From: Sphagnum compactum
Taxonomy: Eukaryota
DNA length: 64,000 nt
NCBI GenBank assembly: GCA_965153455.1
Contig: OZ234493.1
Coordinates: 19,644,213-19,708,212 of the forward strand
Direction of reading: 5' to 3'
Shown: one piece after another, positions 1-11,888 of the stretch
How the letters are laid out: each line of letters begins with the position of its first letter
Numbering within the stretch: the stretch's first letter is position 1
The notes under the pieces: generated by a model
Told to the model about the DNA's origin: nothing
The model's database searches: none
What the model saw: the letters and a program-made list of their open reading frames with translations, nothing else
Made by a program: the position numbers and the translations under genes

Positions 1-900
1 TATTTTAATCATTTTGATTTTAACCATAATTATTTCATTCATTTTTATTTTAGTCATAATTAAATTTTTCATAATTTTTTTTCCTTAAAACATTTATTGA
101 TTACTTAATTCAGCCATATTAACTTTATTAGTGGTCAGTTTAACCAATTTTTTTATTCATGGTTAATTTAACCATTTTTAGTTTAGCCATGCTTAATTTT
201 GCCATGAATATTTTAACCACAATTATTTCATTCATGTTTATATTAGCCATAATTAATTTTTGCATAATTGGTTTTTCCATAAACTATTTATTCAATATGT
301 AATTTAGCAATATTAACTTTATTAGTTGTTAATTTAGTGAATTTATGTATTCATAGTTAGTTTAACCATTTCTAATTTAACAATGTTTAATTTTGCCATA
401 GTTATTTTAATCATTTTTGTTTTAACCATAATTATTTTATTAGTCGTTAGTTTAGCCAAATTTATTTACTCATGGTTAGTTTAACCATTTAAAGTTTAGC
501 CATGTTTTAATTTTTCCATAAATATTTTAACCATTTTGATTTTAACCATAATTTTTTCATTCATATTTATTTTAGCCATAATTAATTTTTTCATAATTTG
601 TTTTGCCATAAAATATTTATTCATTAGTTAGTTTAGCCATATGAACTTTATTAATGTTTAGTTTAACCAAAGTTGTTAACTTGTAGTTAGTTTAACCATT
701 TCTAATTTACTGATGTTGAATTTTGCCATATTTATTTCATTCATGTTTATTTTAGTCATAAATAATTTTTGCATAATTAGTTTTGCCATAAAATATTTAT
801 TCATTAGTTAGTTTAGACATATTAACTTTATAAGTGATTAGTTTGACCAAATTTATCTACTCATTGTTAGTTTAACCATTGTTAATTTTGCCATAAATAT
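1..900. repeat. Degenerate AT-rich tandem repeat (TTAACCAT/TTAGCCAT sub-motifs, higher-order period roughly 180-200 bp)
   Basis: The block AACTTTATTAGT...GTTAGTTTAACCATT recurs near 121, 316, 435, 644 and 824; no ORF. Confidence 0.7.
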
Positions 901-1139
901 TTTAGTTGTGTGAACATGAAAATGTTTCTCCCTCCCAAAAGTTTGTCCCATATTGTTTGTCATCCTTTCCAAATGATGAACAATATAAATAGATGCACCA
1001 TAAGCATCCAAAACATAAGAAATATTTTAAAAAGAAAGGCCACACTTGGGATGAGCCAATTGAAAGGGCTCAACCTTGAAGGCCAAATTCAAAATGAAAT
1101 AGGGTTTTCCTACTTAGGTCGTGTAAGTGGTGTACATTG

Positions 1140-1679
1140 AGCCTAGTACAAGTCATAGCTTATGTTGCCCTAGCCTATTTTAGGCTTTTATGCCTAGTTG
1201 ATAGCTATAGGTTCCTAGGCCTAGGAGTTTAGGTTGTAGGTTCCTAAACATAGGGACCTTAGGAGTAGGTATCTAATTTTAGGTTTAACTTAGGTTGCTT
1301 AGGTTCTATCCATGTGACATAGCTTAATGGCCAATGTTTAAATGTCACGTGGCATAATTTAGGTGGTCAATGTTTAGATGCCATGTGGCTTAACTTGGAT
1401 GGACACTGTTTAAATGCCACATGGCATTTGCCTAGTCAAAATGCTGTTTGACTGGTCAAATAATCATTTGACTATTATATTGACCAGTCAAAAGTACTAG
1501 TCGAAATGACTAGTAAAAAATGCCAACTTAGCCTTGGTTAAAAAATACATGGCCCAGTCACAATGGACGAGTTCAAAACGACTTGTCCAAAATGAATGAG
1601 AGATTTTTTTTACGCCTGTCCAAAATGGGTCTTTTTTTATCAAAATTTCTAATCAAAAAAATTAGGAATTCTAGTAGTG
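1140..1679 (+). mobile_element. Possible right end of a non-autonomous CACTA element
   Basis: Ends in TTCTAGTAGTG (reverse complement CACTACTAGAA) at 1669-1679, preceded by repeated GTCCAAAATG and GTCAAA motifs. No matching left TIR in the window; start coordinate approximate. Confidence 0.45.
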
Positions 1680-1680
1680 A

Positions 1681-1970
1681 ATTTTGTGATGTAGCCAAAG
1701 TTGCAATCATTTAGAAAATAATTAAGCTAAATTTGGCTAAATAATTGTTATGAAGGTAGAAAAAAAAAATCTTTCTATATTCTTGGCTGTAAGAATATGG
1801 AAACCCTTCTAGAAGTGATCATAAGACTTTGGTAATTTGAAATTTTTTAAAAATTAAAATCTGGTGGATTTGGGCCATTTTCTCGATTAAAAAAAAACAT
1901 TTGTATAGGTTGAAATTATATTTTTCAAGTTGAAATTTGAATAAAATTTGCCAATTAAAGAAACATTAGA
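1681..1970. repeat. Copy of a dispersed repeat family (TTTTGTGATGTAGCCA...TTAGCCAAATTTGGCTA)
   Basis: Related copies near 4100-4240, 16440-16705 (reverse), 16930-17260, 17330-17596 (reverse) and 61485-61700. Confidence 0.6.
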
Positions 1971-4427
1971 TGTGACCACAATGCACCTTCACAAACCATG
2001 CCAAGGCCCCACCCAACTTTCCATATTGCTACAAAGCTCCCAATGAGGCAGAGTGCACGTGTCATTTCACAAGTTTTGGACCAACAAAGCAAAAATACAT
2101 CCATCCAGAGTAAATTTCATTACTTTTCACAATTGCCGATGATTTATATACAATATTTTATTGTGTATAAAATCTTAGTTGATATGGATAGATGGTGGAG
2201 ACATCTGTTACACTTTGGAAGGAGCCCTAGTAAGACCCCTTCTCCACAACATGTTTTAAATCTTGTCCTTCAAGCAATACCTCGTCCGCCAAAGCTTGGA
2301 CTCGACTCAAATATGCAAAGAATCTTACGTATCCTTGATCGTGGGACATGTAACTATCACTATAAATCATACTTACCAAGTGTCAAGCATGTAGTGAACC
2401 TTTAAAGGGCACTTGCAAAGCACAAGAAAATTCTTTCGAATGATTTATTTTTAGAATATTTGTTGAACTGGAGGTGAATGCATAGAGACGCATTCTGGAA
2501 GATTTGCTCAGTTGAACATGTCACTCTACCAGTGTTGGCTGGTTATTGAAAAATGACCCGGTTATCAAAAAGGTTATCAATCCAGTTATTGATAACTTAC
2601 CAGTCAATGTTTGAATTTTTTGATAACCAGATGATAACCTACCTGGTCAGGAATATAAAATTATAATAATTGGGAAGATCCTTGACTAACAGTTATTGAA
2701 ATTTCAAAAAATATAATAACTTACCTGAATGTTGAAATTTTCATCCACATAGATTATTATTAGGTAGGTTATTACAGAAAAAACCCTCAAACTTATACTA
2801 CCTGACCAATATCTATCCGGTTATCAGGTGCATAACAGGTGGTTATTACTGAAAAAATCATTGACCAAACTAATAACGGAGGTTTTTTCTTTTTACCATG
2901 AAATTGATAAATGATGGTTTTAACTTTTTTGAAAAAATAATTAGATATTGATAACCTGTATGGTCCCAATTTCTTTTTTAAAAAAACCTACCCGATTGTT
3001 TTCAATCCACATCCTGATTCTTTCCCATATCTCCCACCTGCCATGGATAGGAATGGGAGACTTTGGCACCCTGCCTGGGTACCCCACCAGACTTCTAACT
3101 TCCTCCATCCATCAGTTCACTTCCCTACTGCCTCCATCCATCCATCCATCTACCACACATCCACTTTTCGTTTGCAACCTCTCCACCAGGCATCATCCTG
3201 TAATATGTAATGAAATCAGCCTGGCTAAATGTCATGTAAAGCCCTTGGAGTGGGGTGGTGGTGTGTGGTCCGTCTCCAAGCTCCCTCCAAGCCTCAAGGG
3301 CTTTACCCTACCCTTCCATTTTCATGAAGGATTGATTGTTCCACATGGCTATTGTTTTATTTATTTGTTGGATTTACACCTTTAGCTTTTAGTAGCAACT
3401 AGCTACCATTACCACTCCAAGCCCCAATTAGTCTTGGAAATAACAGCCACAATGATAACCCCCTGGGCCTCGCAATAACAAGAATTCTTTTAAAGCTAAC
3501 TGCATGTGACTACCTAAAAAGTGTGTGCCCTAGCCTTATATGGCATTTGGGGGCAAGGGGGGCGGGGGTGTGGTGAAGCTGCTCCCACTCATGTACCATG
3601 GGACAAACCAGTGTTGGGCTGTTCTTTATTTTTACAAAGAACCTCCAGTTCCAGTTTTAAGAATTAAATTACAACTATCTCAGTTCTGATTCCACACATA
3701 TAAATGGAACCCAGAATTCGTTTCCACGTCCAGTTTTTCACAAAACAATTCTGGTTCTGATTCCAATTCTGAATATCATACCCACCCACTTTTGGTTTGG
3801 TTCTTACTAACCCAGATCACAACCAGTGGTTAACTATTGATTTTTTTCCAGAGACATGTATTTTGGTTCCAGTTCCAAACATAAATAGAACCAGGAACAG
3901 TTCCAGGTCCAGTTCTTTAAAAATAAGTCTGATTCCAGTTTTGGTTGAGAAAATCAGACCCAGTTCCAGTTTGGTTCTGACTGCGAAAGTGGGTATGCGG
4001 CCATTACCGGTAAAACCCCTCATTTATTGGCTCTGCCTCTCAGGGATAGACTCCATAACAATATAGAGTTCATTTGGTCCTAGATTATTATTTTTTCAAT
4101 TTTGTGATGTAGCCATAATGATCATTCATAAGAAGAATGAGCCAAATTTGGCTCTAAAAAATGTGACAGCAAAGGCATTTAAACAATCCTTCTATAATTT
4201 AGCTACCTATTGAAAATTCATATACAAGCTGGTGACTTTTACAAATTTTTAATTTTATTTTCAGAAATTTGCAATCAGATAACATTTGAGGGCAGTTAGG
4301 TCAGATGGTGTTCCTTTATTTGAAGGCTTGGAAACAGAGGAATAGAGCCTAGAGGAAACAAAGAAACCCTTTTTGGCAGTGCCATTCCTGTGTACAAGAT
4401 GGCCTGTGCAGGCGACCAAAATACTAA

Positions 4428-4748
4428 GGGCCACTTTAGATGACAGTCCAAGATTCAAGGTCCAATGAAATAGAGCAATCCTATTGCCTGAGAGCCATAA
4501 ATTGGGACCATAGCCTTTAGATGAGAGTTACAAGACCAAAAAGTGGCCAATCCAGGCTAAACCTACATGGAACCATTTTGGAGAGAAAATCAATTGGTTG
4601 GGACCCAAACGTAAAAGCTAAAAAGGAGAGCTCATGATTTGAAGAACAAAGATGCAAGCTAGGGTCCAAGGCAAGGTCCCCAATTTGCTTCAAATGAGTC
4701 CAAACTGGTTCCTAGGAATTTGGACTCTGGACCCCTCTAAAGTGGGCC
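4428..4748. mobile_element. PIF/Harbinger (Tourist-like) MITE
   Basis: TIRs GGGCCACTTTAGA ... TCTAAAGTGGGCC, preceded by TAA. An inverted full copy lies at 22030-22363 and a partial copy near 31680-31810. Confidence 0.7.
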
Positions 4749-5369
4749 AATCTCTGACAACACCACGACTGCTAGACCGCATTTAGTACCTTGGTTTGAA
4801 ATGACGTTGGCACTCGCTGTGGAAGATTCAACAAAGAATGCCGAATTCTTCACACTAAGTCACCACAGCGCCGGCACCGGCAATAGACTTTCCTTGAGGA
4901 CGCTAGATCGCCACGTGCGTCGTCGGCACTGGCAATTGAGATTTTATTTCTGCCAATCCAAATCTTGCCGTACGTCGGCAGCCGACAGACAAGACAATCG
5001 ATCGATCCTCCTCTCACGGGTTGCTTTGTTTCCTCTGTTTCTCCAACCAATAAAATGAGCTTTCCTTTTGTGTCTCTCTCTGCTTGCAAGAGTGACAGAT
5101 CCAGTGTACTATGAGCGATCCATTGTGACAGATCTGTAGTATGAGTGATCCATTGATTCATGAGAGTGTTACCGTATGAGAGCAACTATGTTGGTATAGT
5201 TAGGGTTAATCTGGTGGGGTGTCTTTGTGATACCTCTTCGCGAAGAGCTGCCGTTTTAGTTCCTGATGCTCTTGAACTGGAGAATCGAGGGTCAATTTGA
5301 GAGGGCTTTTACAGCTTTAGTATTACTCTATTAGTCTAACAGAGCTTTGGGAGTAGCTAGGGTTCAAAG

Positions 5370-6014
5370 ATGGGAGATGGGGGGCGATCACGTTTGTATT
5401 GTCCTGGTTCCCCTGGCGCTAAAATCAGAGAGAAACTGAGACAGTTGAAAGACAAACGAGTTGGTATAGAGCCGGATGCTTGTGTCTATGCCAGACTTGA
5501 ACCGTGTGGTCAGTTGGTCTCAAGTTCAGATTCTCACCAAACCGGAAATCCGGAAATTGTTTCGGAAGTTTTGCCAACTGACGTGCATCGTGATGATGCC
5601 GAGCAGCAAGGTGTCAAGTTTGATCTGGATTACGCTCTCCGACAGCCGCTTTGTGCAACTGATTGGGATATGGAGGAGTACCCTGGCGATCACACTGCGG
5701 GAAACAGACAGCTCAAGTTCACAGGGGTGAGGAAAAAAGCCGGCTCATTCGTAGCAGAGATTCGCGTGTCAAGCAAGAAGAGAATCTGGCTGGGATCGTA
5801 CAAAAAAGCTGAACCAGCTGCTCTAGCACACGATGTCGCCACTTACCTGCGTGCCACCTACTTAAGCGGTACGAACCCTCAATACAACTTCGATAGTTCT
5901 CCATCCTCTTTTCCTCCTTCAAAAGAAATCTCAGATCTGGAAACTGATGAGGAAAAATGGGAACTCATCAAAAAGATTGCAGGAGAGTTTGCAAAAAAAG
6001 TAGGCCGCCGCTAA
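5370..6014 (+). CDS. AP2/ERF (DREB-like) transcription factor, intronless, divergent AP2 domain near the C-terminus
   Basis: 214-aa ORF containing FTGVRKKAGSFVAEIRVSSKKRIWLGSYKKAEPAALAHDVATYLR...YNF, i.e. the AP2 hallmarks GVR, AEIR, WLG, AAxAHD and NF. Confidence 0.85.
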   Translation: MGDGGRSRLYCPGSPGAKIREKLRQLKDKRVGIEPDACVYARLEPCGQLVSSSDSHQTGNPEIVSEVLPTDVHRDDAEQQGVKFDLDYALRQPLCATDWDMEEYPGDHTAGNRQLKFTGVRKKAGSFVAEIRVSSKKRIWLGSYKKAEPAALAHDVATYLRATYLSGTNPQYNFDSSPSSFPPSKEISDLETDEEKWELIKKIAGEFAKKVGRR

Positions 6015-7805
6015 ACCTTCTTCCGGCTCTTCGCTCTGTGGTATCATCTTTCTTCTCATAGATCTATCTCAGTGGCCTCTCTTCACTCTTCACGCCCGGA
6101 TTTCCTATAGACCGGTTCCACATATCCCTTACATCTCTCCTCCGAAACGAGTGGGCAACCCCAAGATGGTCTCGGTGGTGGAGGCCTTCTGCTAAACCCT
6201 AAAAGCCCTGTAGACGCTGCCTCCTTGTGAGCATACACTGTATTCTATATGTACAATATACTCCTCAAAATGGGGCCTCTTCTTCTATACACTGTGTTTT
6301 TTTATCATTAATGATATTCGAAATTGTCAAATTGTTTGGTGTTCTCTCTCTCTCTTTCTCGGTTGCTATCCTGCCATGGTCTAAAGCTTTGGCAGAAATT
6401 CTCTTCAGATACTTTGCACTGGTGGGGGATAGTAGGAGTAGGGCTGGAGAAGGTAAGTAACTGCAATGTGCTTGTGGAAAAATTCTCTTGCTGATGGGGA
6501 AGATCAGTGTGGCTTTCTCTGTTCTTAGAATAGAATTTTATGCCAGGGATGTGGAAATTTAAACTTCTTTAGCTCTTAGGACTTTTGTTGATGAAACGCT
6601 GCAAAACTTTATTATCTATTAAAATTGTCATTTCATGTTTCTTGCATTGCAAATGTCATGGGTATTCAGAATTTGGAGCTTATGCCTTTAAATTGATGAG
6701 CGAGGTTTATAACATAGCAAGATCATTCTATTCTCCTTGATTTCCGAGGATGGCAAATGATTTGGATGTTCTGGAAGAATATATTTGAATCTTGAAAATC
6801 AATTTGTAGTTGAGATTGCATGACACTACCTAGATATGGAAATTTGGTGTAGCACCCAAGGTAATGGCCAAGGAGTGGGAAGTTTTGGAAGCAAGCCTAA
6901 GGTGGAGCTGAGAGGTGCTTCCTTCCAAAACTCCCCCCCTCCAAGCATGTTACTAAGTACAAAATTGACATAATTTTATTAATACAAAATTTCCTGTATA
7001 TACTTGACGGATATCAGGGAAAAAAATGACACAAGGCATTTTGGAAAACGGAATGCCCATGCATGTAGGTGTGTCCCTTTCCAAAATGCCCCACAAAATT
7101 TTACACTCTATAAGCATATCTCCAAATACACTAAGAAAAATCTTGGAAGTTTTATGGATTTTGTAATAGTATGGTTGTGACTTTCATTTAGCAACTAAAT
7201 TTGTGTAAAGGAAATTTGTGGTGGATTGCATTCTTTGGAACTCATTTGGAACTTTGAACATGAAAACACGAAATATGAGCACCCATTTAGTTTACCACTT
7301 TTAGGTGTTTACAAATAGCATACTTGTAGTTACTAATTGCATATAATTAGTTGTTGTAATAGGGGTCACCAGAATAAGGGGCCTAGTGAGGTGGAGCTGA
7401 ACATTACCCCGGTACTAGTAATGTCCTCCCCAAGGCCTTAGCTCACAGAAGAATTGGTCCAAATTTTTTTCCAATTCTCTTTTCAAATTGTTTCCACTGG
7501 GTATTATAGGAACAAAAAACAACTGTGGGCTTTTCAAATACATAATGCCCACATCCTTTCAAACACTTAAAACACTCAGAGAAAATTTGTAGTTTATGTG
7601 GAGGGCACCTTATATCCATCAATTTCCCTCCTACAAATTGCGAGGGATACTGTGCCCAATCCTCAAGGATTCGACTGAAATTATGCCTACTTGTAGGTGT
7701 GAAAACCCTCCACTATTGAGGAGTAGACATAAGAACCCTCCCATCCATACAAATTGTGATCTACATAGGTTTGGTTCATGATAAATTTTGCCTTGTGCTT
7801 TACAA

Positions 7806-7916
7806 AGGGTAAAGCCCTCAGGTTGGGGTCATTCCCAAAATGTGGGGCTGGAGTCGGCTATTGCCCCGTCCTAGGTCCATTATTATGAGAATGCCCCCAC
7901 CCTAGGGCTTTACCCT
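7806..7916. repeat. About 110-bp miniature inverted-repeat element
   Basis: AGGGTAAAGCCCT ... AGGGCTTTACCCT terminal inverted repeat; degenerate relatives near 23926-24026 and 36545-36655. Confidence 0.55.
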
Positions 7917-9156
7917 ACACCTAATCCCTGCAGAGGTGGGCAATTACATTTTTGTAAAGCCCGCAAGCTCTTTACACTAGGTAAGGCACTCTCTAGGTAC
8001 ATTTTAAAAAACAAAAAATGTTAAATAGGCCAAGGGTCTTGAATGCTACCGGTACGAAAGGATTACCCCACATCACCATTACATCATCCTTCCCCTCGCT
8101 CTCTTAACCTTGGCGCCTTCCATTTCCCTTCGTACATAACAAGCTTTTCGTTCATCAACATGAGTTATGCTCGTGTTACCTATTTTGCATAACAGACCAT
8201 CGACATCCCCATCCCCATGGTACTTTTTGCCATGCATGCCATACCACCATGTCCTCTCGCCATCATGACAACGAACCTTTTCGCTTTAGGGCATCATTGT
8301 CGTCCTTCATTTTTGCACATGTTTTGTGCTTTGTATTGCACACCTACGACGTTTCCCTCCATCATTTTTTTACGCGCTTACGCCCATTGTCAAATGCTCT
8401 CACAACAGCTCTAGTTCTTCTCTAATGCCTTCGTCGTTGATCGATTGCATCGATACAATTGCTACAAGAGCTTCTACAACACCCTATCCACTACAACAAT
8501 AGGGGGCTATTTTGCGATCCAAATATCATCGCAAACAACAAAGAAAGAAGTTTTCGAAAGCCCGCTGTTGCGAACCATAATTCCTTGCAAACTCTTAAGC
8601 TCTTGCGATACCATAACATTCGCACCCGTACAATCGCAAGTCCTTCGCAACTCCCGAACTCGATACAATCGCATAACTTTTTCGATTGTAACTGCTTTTA
8701 TACATTGTTTGCGATTAACAATGCATCGGAAACTATCTGCAACAACCCCATCACCGCAACGACTTAGCGAATCGACTCAAAAGTCTATCGGTTTGTGATA
8801 TAAAATCTAACGCAAACTTTTTGGGATTCTCAAAATGCCACTAGAAGTTTGCGAAACCGTAGATTTCGTAAACCTGTTCTGGAATGATTTTACCCGTAAG
8901 AGTGTAACGATGTCTGTGACATGGTATATTTGGTCTTTTGGGTTTTGTAGTGTTGTGAAGAATTATGACTCGCAAATGGTTTTGAGATCCACTGTGTATC
9001 ACAAGAACATGGCACTGTATTCTTATTTTGGAAGCAGGGTTTATATTCATTTGGAGTCACTTTGGGCCGCAAAAAAATAAATCTATATCAAAATTTCAAT
9101 ATTTACAATGTAAAAGGGTTTGCAACCCTTGGGTATCTAACACACTAGCTGTCTAT

Positions 9157-10982
9157 CTAGAAGGGAGACTTCCTTCCCCTCTTGGATTTCTTCCTTGAAT
9201 CCTTCTTCCTAGTGTTCTCTGGTGGAGGGGGAGGCTACTCATCCTCCTCCCTCTCTTCATCGTCCCCCTGCCCCTTCTCCTCCTCCTCCTCCTCCTCCTC
9301 CCTATCCTCTTTATCTCTGCCCCTTGCAGAACCTGCATTTCAACTAGCAAATGAACTGGGTCCACTGCTAGTGCTAGCACTGGGAGTAGTGCTAGCTCTC
9401 TCCTCTTCATCACTGCTACCCTGGGAGCTCTCACTTTCACCCTCAGATGCATGCATTTCAATATGCAAAGGTTAGTCAACACCATAAATGAAAATCTTTA
9501 TTCAAATGAAAACAATCTCAACACAAACAGAAATTGAATCCCAACCAAACCCACTCACCAGTAGTGCATCAACATGTTCAAAAAGATGTTCCTTGCCATG
9601 CTCCTGGCCCATTTTCATTTTTACAGCTGTGATCTTCCTCTTGTACCTCTTGTATTGTCCCCATAATACAACAGGTCAATAAAAACGCATAAAGTATTTA
9701 TTCAAGTCTCTGACCACTTTTGCGAAGCGCAGACCTTCGCATACTGAAACTTGTGAAGCAGTTTGCGAAACAAATCCCATCGTATCTGAAAGCGCCAAAG
9801 CGCCATTTAAATCTTTGCGAAGCTGAAACTATCGCAACTCAAAACGCCAAAACTCCATTTGACCTATCTTTGCGATGCAATACGCATCGCAAAGGTATCG
9901 CAAACTGTCCTATTTGACTTGACAGAAACTCAACAGTAACTTTATTCGAATCTTTGCAGGAAAGAAATGGAGGAGAGGGAGGGTACTTACAAATGCTGCT
10001 TTGAGGCCGGGAATGCCACCTTGGTCTAGCCTGTGGGTGGTGTTTGGAACCAGTTTCACTCGCTCTGCTGCCTTGAGGAACTTCAATGGTGGATCACCAA
10101 CCTCGTCCACGACTGATTGCCATTCAGCAAGCTTCAGCTCCAGTGCCTTCAGGTCACGGTCAGACCTCCCAGACTCTCTGGCCTTCCTGGCCTTGGCTAG
10201 CTGCTCTGTGATCTCCTTCAGCTGCCTTGCTGCTTTCAGCTGCACCTCAGACTGGTAGAAGGCATTCCAGATGTCTTCTGAGAACTGAAGCGGCCTCTGC
10301 AAGTTCCTGTACACATTCAGGTCTCTCAGGTGAGCACGAATCTTCATCCTGTCATGGTATCTTGCTTGAGACATTGAATTGGAGATCTTGTCTGCAATCC
10401 ACTGTGAGTCAAGCTCTCCTCCATTTTGAAATGCTCCCTTGACTTGATTTATCACTCTTTTCTGCTCTGCCTTTGAGAGAGTGCCCCACTCAACTCCTCG
10501 TGCAAAGTTGGTGGAGACAATGTGCCTAATGGTGCTCTTGGCCCCAGTGTATGCCAACTCGGTTAGAATTCCCTCCTCTGCCAATGTTATCAGAGGGAGC
10601 TTCTTCCTCTCCTCCTCCTTCTTCTTCAAGTCGACTTTCTCCTTTCTGATGGCATCCCTCTCATCCTTACTCCTTTTCTTCTTGAGAGTTCTAGGTGAGA
10701 GAGCTCCTGTTGTTGCTCTCTCATCTCTCTTTCTCTTCTTCTCTGCTGCCTTGGCTTCTGCAGCCTTCCTTGCCTCCTCATCTCTTTGTGCTTCCCCTGC
10801 AGTTAGCCCTGCTTGCAATGCTTGACCTAAGATGGCTGTCAAGGATGCCAACCTTCAGGTGTCCTAGTATCGATTGCAGACAGCTCTGAAGCTCTCAAGT
10901 GATCGGCAATCATCTTCCTCAACCTTTCCTCATTGTTGTCACCTCCTCTAAACCCAGAACCCCCTCCACCAGTCCCAGCCAT
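9157..10982 (-). pseudogene. CACTA second gene, TnpA/Transposase_24 (Ptta/En/Spm)-like, three exons, disrupted
   Basis: ATG at 10982 (MAGTGGGGSG...) with a frameshift near 10852 into the 313-aa ORF. Contains RPLQFSEDIWNAFY and TTHRLDQGGI (HRLGxGG-like). GTAAGT donor after AAF (exon ends 9991); exon 2 LWGQYKRYKRK...HVDALL ends at a GTGAGT donor; acidic/Ser-rich exon 3 has two internal stops and ends KSPF* at 9157. Confidence 0.65.
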
Positions 10983-11888
10983 TGCAATCCGCAACCTCCT
11001 CTCTACCGCAAGCTTTCCTTCGACAATTCTCGAGCAAATTTGAGAATGAATTCAAATTCACTTACAAGTCCTTAAGGACTTCTAACAATTCAGGGCTTGC
11101 GATGTAATCCGCATCGCAACTTGCAATATACTATTTCTCGCAAAGGAGTCTGGGTTTCAAAAATGACTAACGGACGCATTTCCGAGGGCCGTGCAATGCT
11201 GTTAGTTTCGCAAAGTAGGGTTGCAAAGTCGGGGGCTTCGCTAATGTAGGAGGAAGTTAAAGGGTTTAGGACTTTGGTTTAAGGAACGTATGCGGATGCG
11301 AAGAGGGATGCGATGGTGGGGGGTTCGCAAGGGGTTCGCAAAATTTTAATTTATTCTGGCTTTAACATTTTGTTATTTTTTTCGCATATGCCAAAGGGTT
11401 TCGGGGGCTGGGGTTTTTGTGACTGTTCTGGGAATTTTTTATTTAGTCTCATGTGTCATGGTTGGTAACAAGTATGTTTCACCATGAAGTTTTGGTAGGG
11501 AATAAGGGTTTACTTCAACTTTTGTTTAATTTAGGCACTGTTGGAGCCCAAGCATCTATAAGGTAAGGTTTTTAATGTTTTATGAACAGATTTCTTTCAA
11601 GGTTTTCACTGGTTCCTTGCTCGATTAAACACCCTATCATTTACTCCCTTTGTATTTGATTTTTTTTACAGTATTTCCCCCTACTTCTAGATTGGTGTTG
11701 GCATTATTTGAGCAACCAGTCCTATAGGCGCTGTTGAGCCCAAATTGGATGCAGGTATGCGTTTCTTTTTGGTTTAAGTAGTCTCAATTTATGAGTAGTC
11801 AAGGGTTTATATTGTTGTATCACCTAGTTTTTGAAAGTCTAATTTGGTCTTTGCCTTACATTTGTGCCTTATTAATGTGACAGATGAT

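Noticed and set aside
9153-10889. Plus-strand Ser/Phe-rich ORFs and the Arg-rich ORF 9153-9485
   Set aside because: Antisense or wrong-frame readings of the Lys/Glu-rich TnpA-like exons.
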